40,280 nucleotides of DNA from a virus, in IMG/VR virus record IMGVR_UViG_3300013413_000001, positions 1 through 40,280 of that record. The stretch is one strand, 5' to 3'. This document shows, piece by piece, positions 1-5,811 of this stretch. Position 1 is the first letter of the stretch; the number at the start of each line of letters is the position of its first letter. A program made the translations under genes and the position numbers. A model generated the notes under the pieces. The model was given only the letters and a program-made list of their open reading frames with translations, was not told the DNA's origin and ran no database searches.

Positions 1-127
1 CGCGCGGGATTGAGCCGATCAAAGTACGCATTGCGGCGCGGTAATTCGGAACGAATTCGGAACAAATTCGGAACACCCCGCGCCAGCATTGGGTTTCCGG
101 TTCGATCTGCCTCCACGCCCTGCGGGC
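1..127. repeat. Terminal 127-bp exact duplicate of 40154..40280 (contig-end overlap, implying a circular or terminally redundant unit of about 40,153 bp)
   Basis: Direct comparison shows bases 1-127 are identical to 40154-40280. Positions 1-44 duplicate the last 44 nt of the integrase ORF. Confidence 0.9.
43..75. promoter_or_regulatory. Three tandem 11-bp units AATTCGGAAC(G/A) directly after the int stop codon; candidate integrase arm-type or accessory binding sites of attP
   Basis: The units at 43-53, 54-64 and 65-75 are read directly (also present at 40196-40228). The 11-bp phasing is about one helical turn, and they lie next to int. Confidence 0.4.
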
Positions 128-154
128 CTCTAAATATGGCGATTTCTCGTTACC

Positions 155-234
155 AATCAATGACTTGCACCATGAAAATTGGCAGTTTTACAGCGTAGAA
201 ACAAGGTTTTGCAAGGCAATAAAATCAATGACTT
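155..234. repeat. Direct repeat AATCAATGACTT (155-166 and 223-234) in the non-coding region downstream of int; possible attP protein-binding sites
   Basis: Two identical 12-mers 68 bp apart in an AT-richer non-coding stretch between int and the first cargo gene. Confidence 0.3.
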
Positions 235-290
235 AGCGTGGTGTTTCGCAACACCCCTTCGATATAATCCGCTGACTTCAGGAAAAGAAC

Positions 291-1022
291 ATGAACAAGA
301 AGATGCTCGCCGCCGTCGCGGCCTCGATTATCCCTTGGTTCACAGGATGCGGTGGCGGCGGTGACCCGGCGCCCTTGGCTGCTGCGACTGTCGCACCATC
401 CGTTGCCCAGCCGCAGACTGTCCTGATTGAAGCCTACGGCGACTCCACGATGTGGGGCTTCGACTCGTCCATCGGAGAGCAGACGCCGCAGAACGTGCCC
501 ACGATCACGCAGAAGAACCTGCGAGGCATCTACGGCACCGTGGTGACGATCGCCAATGAAGGCGTCGGCGCAACCACGCTGGGCTATCTGATGGGCGGCA
601 CGGATGGGCATCATCTGCCGTGGGAACAGCAAATGGCGAACTCCAAGGCGAACATCGTGCTCGTGAATCACGGCATCAATGACAGCCTGGTCGGGCCCGG
701 GGAAACGCCGGACGGCTACCGCGCGCTGCTGGTGCGCTTCGTGACCGTCGCCCGAGCAAGTGGCAAGACGCCGGTCTTCGATGAGCCGAACCCCACGTGT
801 GACACTCTGCACGACACGCTGCCGGACTATGTGGCCGTGATGCGGGACGTGGGCCAGAAGATGGGCGTGACCGTCATCCCGCAGTTCGACTACATCAAGA
901 GTCTGCCGGGCTGGCAGGGCTATCTGAAAGACTGCATCCACCCGAACGCGGCACTGTACGAGATCGAGGCGCAGCGCGTATCGCTGGCGCTTAAGCCGTT
1001 TGTGGCAAATCTGCTGCGGTAG
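291..1022 (+). CDS. SGNH/GDSL-family hydrolase, probable lipoprotein (cargo gene next to attP)
   Basis: ATG with AGGAAA upstream. The N-terminus MNKKMLAAVAASIIPWFTGC is signal-peptide-like with a Cys lipobox. It carries a GDS block (EAYGDSTMWG), a VNHGINDS block and a C-terminal DCIHPN (DxxH) motif. Confidence 0.75.
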   Translation: MNKKMLAAVAASIIPWFTGCGGGGDPAPLAAATVAPSVAQPQTVLIEAYGDSTMWGFDSSIGEQTPQNVPTITQKNLRGIYGTVVTIANEGVGATTLGYLMGGTDGHHLPWEQQMANSKANIVLVNHGINDSLVGPGETPDGYRALLVRFVTVARASGKTPVFDEPNPTCDTLHDTLPDYVAVMRDVGQKMGVTVIPQFDYIKSLPGWQGYLKDCIHPNAALYEIEAQRVSLALKPFVANLLR

Positions 1023-1025
1023 AGG

Positions 1026-2006
1026 TTAGGGCGCCTTACGTCGCTTGAATTTCAGATAGTCGGCGCCATCCTCCGCCTCCCAAAACACCTTGATCTTATC
1101 CGCGTGGTGGTCCGGTAGCGCCGGGTCAATCACCGTCACTGCGCAGGGCGATAGGCTGGAATCCCGGAACCCGCGTTCCTTGGCGTATCGGTCATAGACC
1201 TTGTAGGAGGCGATCTGCAGTGCATGGCACACCCGTCCTGAATCTGGGTCTTTCAGCACGCCGTAGCCCGACACATGCTTGTGGCCGCAGATAGAGAGGT
1301 GATCTCGAGTACCGAAGTGCGTCGCCTTCATCACGCCGTGCGCCGGGTTGTAGATCGAGTTGCCGGCGAAGTCGTGGCGCGCATTGACCATCACGCTCGA
1401 GCGATTCGGGAAGTTCAGGGCCATGCGGACGCCGTGGTCCTTGTGAACTCCGGAGATTCCTCGAGCCAGCCATTGCAGCGGATCCCCGGCACCGCTCCAA
1501 GCGTCATGGTTGCCACCGACCAAGTAGAGCCAGTCCACTGAGCCAATGAACCACTCGGTGAGGCGCCATGCCTCTTTTGCCGTGGTCGACTGCTCTGCGT
1601 ATAGCCGCGCCAGCCTGCCGACCCAGTTATTGCTCACGTCGCCTATGTTGGCGCCGAACAGGCCTTCCGTGCTACGGATCAGCTTCGCGTGCCGCTCGAG
1701 CGCGAGAATATCGGTGCCGTCATCGTCCACGTGTGGATCACCGAAATGGAGGATGCCAACCGGCCCGGAAACCTTGACCTTGATGTCAACGACCTTGTTG
1801 GCGACTTCCGCTCGAGACTTTTGCGCGAACTTCCGCTTGCGCATCTCGAGCAATTCCTCAATCGGCAGGTCTTCGTCAACCTGTGGCGCAGCCTCAAACT
1901 GCGCGCCTCGCTCGAATCGTGAGCGCAGCGTTGATTCATTCACCCCCATCGCCCGAGCCGCAGCCCGGATGCTGCCGTATTGCTGGATCAGATCGTCGCG
2001 TGTCAT
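1026..2006 (-). CDS. Calcineurin-like metallophosphoesterase with an N-terminal helix-turn-helix-like segment
   Basis: Motifs GDPHVDDDG, GDVSNNW, GGNHD and GHKH occur in canonical order. The N-terminus has IRAAARAMGVNESTLRSRF. The start could instead be GTG at 2042. Confidence 0.7.
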   Translation of the reverse strand: MTRDDLIQQYGSIRAAARAMGVNESTLRSRFERGAQFEAAPQVDEDLPIEELLEMRKRKFAQKSRAEVANKVVDIKVKVSGPVGILHFGDPHVDDDGTDILALERHAKLIRSTEGLFGANIGDVSNNWVGRLARLYAEQSTTAKEAWRLTEWFIGSVDWLYLVGGNHDAWSGAGDPLQWLARGISGVHKDHGVRMALNFPNRSSVMVNARHDFAGNSIYNPAHGVMKATHFGTRDHLSICGHKHVSGYGVLKDPDSGRVCHALQIASYKVYDRYAKERGFRDSSLSPCAVTVIDPALPDHHADKIKVFWEAEDGADYLKFKRRKAP

Positions 2007-2010
2007 GGTT

Positions 2011-2226
2011 TTAGCTGTTGAGTTTCGCGGCCCAGCATCCACAGAATTCGCCGGCCTCCACTAGCGGGAACATGCTGGTAACGCCGCCGTCTTGGAAGTC
2101 AACAACTATCGTCGGCGGGTTCCTGCGGCACTCGTTGCGGCCATCCTTCTCCACGAAGTAGCGGCAGTTTTCGCACGCGACCAGCGTTTCGGTCGGCTCT
2201 AACTTCTTTGGCTTGCGGGTTGCCAT
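2011..2226 (-). CDS. Small Cys-rich hypothetical protein (71 aa)
   Basis: Internal ATG (MATRKPKK...) of the 2011..2412 ORF. It has a CxxC...CxC pattern and is tightly packed after the preceding gene. Confidence 0.45.
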   Translation of the reverse strand: MATRKPKKLEPTETLVACENCRYFVEKDGRNECRRNPPTIVVDFQDGGVTSMFPLVEAGEFCGCWAAKLNS

Positions 2227-2230
2227 GGCT

Positions 2231-2458
2231 TCAGTCCGGGACGGTTGCGCTGGCGCCATCGTCAGGATTGACCGACAGCTTGCAGTGATTTTTTTGGAAC
2301 AAATCGAGGAAACGGCAGAACACGCAGGCGAATCTGCTGCCCTTGGCCTGTGCTTTCCCGAGACGCGATGAGATCGTTTCGTCTCCGCTGCCGAACGTAA
2401 TGGCGTTGGCAAGCCGGTCGAGCGCGGACAGGATGTTCATGAGGTAACGCTTGAGCAT
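2231..2458 (-). CDS. Conserved-looking small phage protein (75 aa), function unknown
   Basis: ATG lies 3 nt after the stop of the upstream gene. The composition is protein-like (LDRLANAITFGSGDETISSRLGKA...NHC). Confidence 0.55.
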   Translation of the reverse strand: MLKRYLMNILSALDRLANAITFGSGDETISSRLGKAQAKGSRFACVFCRFLDLFQKNHCKLSVNPDDGASATVPD

Positions 2459-2461
2459 GGG

Positions 2462-3010
2462 TTATCCCCGGTTGTCGGTCTTTACACCGGGGTCGGCCTG
2501 CATCTTTCCCCGGAAGAAACTTGCAACACCCAGCACGCCACCGATGGCAATCCACGCCTCGGGCGGAATCGTCGGCTGTGTAATGTTCGGCCACCAGCCG
2601 CGCAGGATCGGGATCACGAAGTAAGCGCCGATCCAGGCAAAACCAAAGCAGAAACCGACGAACGGGCGCCAGCTATATGTAGGCCAGTGATCCGCCTTCG
2701 CTTCGGCTTGCATGGTCTGATTGACTGCGGCGGTATTTGCCTGATCTGCGGCGATTTGCTGCTTCTCGACATCCGCGGCGATCTCTGCCAGATGCGCCTG
2801 CTGATCCAGCACGGCTTTCTGGAACTGGTAAGCCAGATTGGGATCGGCCTGCAGCGCAGCGACTGCAGCATCCGGCGAGGATTGACCAGTCACCGTTTGC
2901 GCGATGCCTACGACCTTGGCGGCAACGTCTTCGGCCTTTGATCCTCCGAGCCATCCTGCGATCATCGGCGCAAACTGAGCCAGCGCCATGGCGATAGGGA
3001 TGAGTGGCAT
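2462..3010 (-). CDS. GTA-type 3-TM holin-like membrane protein
   Basis: It has an N-terminal hydrophobic segment, an Ala/Gln-rich coiled region, then WRPFVGFCFGFAWIGAYFVIPIL and further TM segments. Its ATGA start overlaps the endolysin stop. Confidence 0.55.
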   Translation of the reverse strand: MPLIPIAMALAQFAPMIAGWLGGSKAEDVAAKVVGIAQTVTGQSSPDAAVAALQADPNLAYQFQKAVLDQQAHLAEIAADVEKQQIAADQANTAAVNQTMQAEAKADHWPTYSWRPFVGFCFGFAWIGAYFVIPILRGWWPNITQPTIPPEAWIAIGGVLGVASFFRGKMQADPGVKTDNRG

Positions 3011-3492
3011 CAGGCGGCTCCCCGTTTCAGGTTGTCAGCAATGCGATTAGCCCAGCCCTTGCCGAACGTGCTCCACGTCTTGAGGCTGGTGTAATAGCGC
3101 AGGCGCAGGGCGTTCCAGCGCAGGATGAACTGCCATGGATTCATGGCCTGCACTGCGGCGATGGTCTTCGGCCCTATCAACCCATCTACGCTGACGCCAG
3201 CCGCTCCCTGCATCCAGATGATCGGATGCCCACCGTTGTAGTTGGCATCGAATATCTGGAACGCCACGCGCGGGTCGAATAGATCGAGCTTCAGCGGGTC
3301 CCAATAGAGTTTCTTGGCGATCGCCTTGGCGGTGTCGTGTGGCAAGTCACGCATCTGCCCGGTGTAGCCATGGGCGCGAGCAACGCGCTCAGTTACCCCC
3401 CAGCAAGTCGCGCCGCCCGGGTCCTTGGGGTTGTCCACGAAACCCCCTTCGTTGCCGATCAGCGCATCAAACGCGTCATCAAAGGTTCCCAT
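3010..3492 (-). CDS. Endolysin, GH108-type muramidase with a C-terminal peptidoglycan-binding domain
   Basis: Carries the NEGGFVDNPKDPGGATCWGVT motif and VDGLIGPKTIAAV. The start is taken at the internal ATG (MGTFDD), which overlaps the holin 3' end. Confidence 0.85.
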   Translation of the reverse strand: MGTFDDAFDALIGNEGGFVDNPKDPGGATCWGVTERVARAHGYTGQMRDLPHDTAKAIAKKLYWDPLKLDLFDPRVAFQIFDANYNGGHPIIWMQGAAGVSVDGLIGPKTIAAVQAMNPWQFILRWNALRLRYYTSLKTWSTFGKGWANRIADNLKRGAA

Positions 3493-3661
3493 TCCCCTGC
3501 CCCTTGATCTTGTCGCGCCACAGCACGTAACCCTGCATGCACGTATAAACCAGCGTTGCGAATAGCACGAGCTTGGACAGCGTGATGCTGCCCAGCAGTG
3601 CACCAACCCACATGACCAGCGCCTTGAGCAGCGCAATACCCGTATCGTTGTTGTCGTGCAT
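3479..3661 (-). CDS. Holin (60 aa, two hydrophobic segments, charged C-terminus)
   Basis: Segments ALLKALVMWVGALLGSI and LVLFATLVYTCMQGYVLW are followed by a basic tail. It lies immediately upstream of, and overlaps, the endolysin. Confidence 0.7.
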   Translation of the reverse strand: MHDNNDTGIALLKALVMWVGALLGSITLSKLVLFATLVYTCMQGYVLWRDKIKGQGNGNL

Positions 3662-3676
3662 TGGATGGCCCAGTAA

Positions 3677-5341
3677 TTAATCCCACATTGCGCCGGAAAT
3701 CACAGAATCCGCAGCGACGCCGGATGCGTTGTACGTCAGGACGTTCACCGTGCTGGCGCTGATGATCTGGGTGGTACACATCGGCTGCGAACTGCTGATG
3801 CCAATCTTGAAGTTCGCATTGGCGAAAGCTGGGCTGATCGTGATCTGATACTGGCCCGTTGCCACACGCGAGATGACGCAACCGACTGCCGCATTGGTCG
3901 TGTTGCCAGGCCCGTTAAAGTTAAACGAGACGGGCGCGGTGGTGCGGCCAACAACCTTCCCGAGCCCAAGCTGAACCGCCTTCTGCGTGCTCAGGTCAGT
4001 AATGTTCGTCGTGCAGGAGTCGTAGTAGGGATTGACGACTGTGACACCGATGTCCGTGGACTGAATCACGATGCCGGTCGACAACTGCTCCAAACGCGGA
4101 GAAATGATGGTCGTCCCGCTGGTGTTGCCATTGCATTGGATGCCAATCAGCGTGTTGCTTGGCTGCTCGATGCCGACACCGAGAATCGTGTTGCCGTTGA
4201 CATTGTTCAGGGCGGTCGCAGTCAGCAGGATGCCGATCGCACCAGAAACAGGGGACTGGAAGCGCCCGCCCTCAATCAGGTTGGCATTGGCGCCATCCGT
4301 CATGTAGACGCCGTATTGCGTGTTGCCGTTGTAGTGGTCCCTGAGAACGTTGTACGTGCACTGAAGCGTGGTGTTCGTGCTCGCCATGTAGATGCCGATC
4401 GATGACGCGGCACCCTTCCCGAACGTGAAGCAGCGTTCGAGATAGCAGAACATCATGTCTTTCAGGTCGACAATCCGACTGACACCACCGTTGTCGAGGA
4501 ACTGAATATCCGAGGCGCGGCAGTAGAGGCGTTGCGTCGTGCCTTGGGTGCTGGACAGGAGCGCCGATGGGCCTGAGAAGTTGAAGTTGAAGATCGTCAG
4601 GCTACGGCCGGCACCCTGAATCCACGTGTTGTCGATCGCCCACTTCAGCGCAGCAGTGATCTTGTAGTTGCCAGCCGGTGCCCACAGATTCCCGCCGATG
4701 TTCAGCCACGCCTGCAGCGCCGTCGTGTCGTCGGTCGTGCTATCACCCTTGGCTCCGAACTGCCGGCAGGAGATCCAGTCGACTTTCTGCAGCTTCCAGC
4801 GGCCACCGTCAGACGCGACGATGATCGTGCCGCCATTGTCCGCGCTGGTCGTGTCGGCTGGGTCGTACTGGTACGGGCCGCCGCCGCCGTCACCAATGGC
4901 GTAGTAGCCGGTAACGAAGGCTCGCGTATAGAGCGTCTTGGAAAGGGTGCGCAGAGCAGCAATGCTGTCTACGACCCGGTTGTTCTTGGACTTGAAGAAA
5001 TCAGCAACCGTGCCGCCATCGAACCCGACGAGAGCTGCGCCGCCCGCCCCCGCCGTATTGGACAGGGATGCGCCGCCAGTCGGCGTGTCGACAATCTGAT
5101 CCCAGATTGTGACGCCTGACGCATCCTTGACGATCTGGCGATAGGTGCCAGTGCCCCACACGATGGCCTGCCCGCGGCTGTCCAGAGTGATAGGATTCGT
5201 GTTCTGGATCGTGCCGCCCTGATCCTGATATGTGGCTTGAGGATTCAGCGTGCCAGGGGCGTAGAAGCCGACCGTACCATTGGCGAGCGGAAGGCCATTC
5301 TGATCGATCCACTGCTGTTTTCCGTTTTGCAGTAGCTGCAT
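3677..5341 (-). CDS. Tailspike or tail fibre with a pectate-lyase-type beta-helix (probable polysaccharide depolymerase)
   Basis: Carries the FGAKGDSTTDDTTALQAWL motif. The N-terminus has a tail-attachment-like QNGKQQWIDQNGLPLANGTVGFY. It is the last structural gene. Confidence 0.8.
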   Translation of the reverse strand: MQLLQNGKQQWIDQNGLPLANGTVGFYAPGTLNPQATYQDQGGTIQNTNPITLDSRGQAIVWGTGTYRQIVKDASGVTIWDQIVDTPTGGASLSNTAGAGGAALVGFDGGTVADFFKSKNNRVVDSIAALRTLSKTLYTRAFVTGYYAIGDGGGGPYQYDPADTTSADNGGTIIVASDGGRWKLQKVDWISCRQFGAKGDSTTDDTTALQAWLNIGGNLWAPAGNYKITAALKWAIDNTWIQGAGRSLTIFNFNFSGPSALLSSTQGTTQRLYCRASDIQFLDNGGVSRIVDLKDMMFCYLERCFTFGKGAASSIGIYMASTNTTLQCTYNVLRDHYNGNTQYGVYMTDGANANLIEGGRFQSPVSGAIGILLTATALNNVNGNTILGVGIEQPSNTLIGIQCNGNTSGTTIISPRLEQLSTGIVIQSTDIGVTVVNPYYDSCTTNITDLSTQKAVQLGLGKVVGRTTAPVSFNFNGPGNTTNAAVGCVISRVATGQYQITISPAFANANFKIGISSSQPMCTTQIISASTVNVLTYNASGVAADSVISGAMWD

Positions 5342-5349
5342 GTGGGCCT

Positions 5350-5379
5350 CAAAACAAAAAGGCCACCCGAAGGCGGCCT
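5350..5379 (-). terminator. Rho-independent terminator (minus strand) just upstream of the tailspike start
   Basis: The minus strand reads GGCCGCC-TTCG-GGTGGCC followed by TTTTTGTTTTG. Confidence 0.6.
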
Positions 5380-5421
5380 ATAATGAGAAATCCCCGCGCA
5401 TGGCGGGGTTGGGGGGGGGGA

Positions 5422-5811
5422 ATGCCGGTGTGTAGTTACTACGAAGTGCTAATGGTCACGCGCGATGCGCCGCCCGAAGTCATACGGGCCGCATACAAGG
5501 CGCTGTCGCAGAAATGGCACCCTGACCGGAACAGCCACGGAGACGCGCCGGAAATCATGGCGTATCTGAATCGGGCGTACGATGCGCTGTCCGATCCCGA
5601 GCGGCGCCGCGAATACGACGAATGGCTTCGCGACGAGGAAGCCAGTCCAACCACCGAGCCAATCCGGCGCGGCACGCCATTTGCCATAGACGAAACCAAG
5701 GTGCGCCCCGCATTAGCCGAGTTGGCGCGTCGCGACCGATGGAAGCTCGTGCCATGGCAACGTCGTGTGCTACTGATGCTCATCACTGGCGGCCTCATCA
5801 ACCTCACTTGA
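5422..5811 (+). CDS. J-domain (DnaJ-like) protein with a C-terminal hydrophobic segment; opposite-strand cargo gene inside the late operon
   Basis: YYEVLMV...AYKALSQKWHPDRN carries the HPD motif, followed by YDALSDPERRREYD and a C-terminal VLLMLITGGLINL. ATG at 5422 follows a G10 run. Confidence 0.8.
   Translation: MPVCSYYEVLMVTRDAPPEVIRAAYKALSQKWHPDRNSHGDAPEIMAYLNRAYDALSDPERRREYDEWLRDEEASPTTEPIRRGTPFAIDETKVRPALAELARRDRWKLVPWQRRVLLMLITGGLINLT

Noticed and set aside
85-127. tRNA 3' fragment as attP core (GGTTCGATC T-loop-like string)
   Set aside because: The five bases on either side of the putative T-loop cannot pair. No acceptor-stem complement or CCA context is present, so a tRNA-derived core cannot be supported.
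1-127. The terminal repeats as attL/attR of an integrated prophage
   Set aside because: The repeat includes the 3' end of int. No host genes flank either end, and the gene map closes into a complete phage circle. A contig-closure overlap is the simpler reading.
225-941. 238-aa minus-strand ORF overlapping the SGNH gene
   Set aside because: The + frame carries the full set of SGNH motifs plus a signal peptide and SD. The minus product has no recognisable features.
2011-2226. LVAC in MATRKPKKLEPTETLVAC as a lipobox, making this ORF an o-spanin
   Set aside because: The residues before the Cys are polar and charged (LEPTET). There is no hydrophobic signal-peptide core, so lipoprotein processing is unlikely.
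5383-5421. Upstream in-frame ATG (5383) as the true J-domain start
   Set aside because: J-domains normally begin within a few residues of the N-terminus, which fits ATG 5422. The 5383 ATG overlaps the candidate -10 hexamer. It is kept only as an alternative in the finding because it would place the G10 run in coding sequence.
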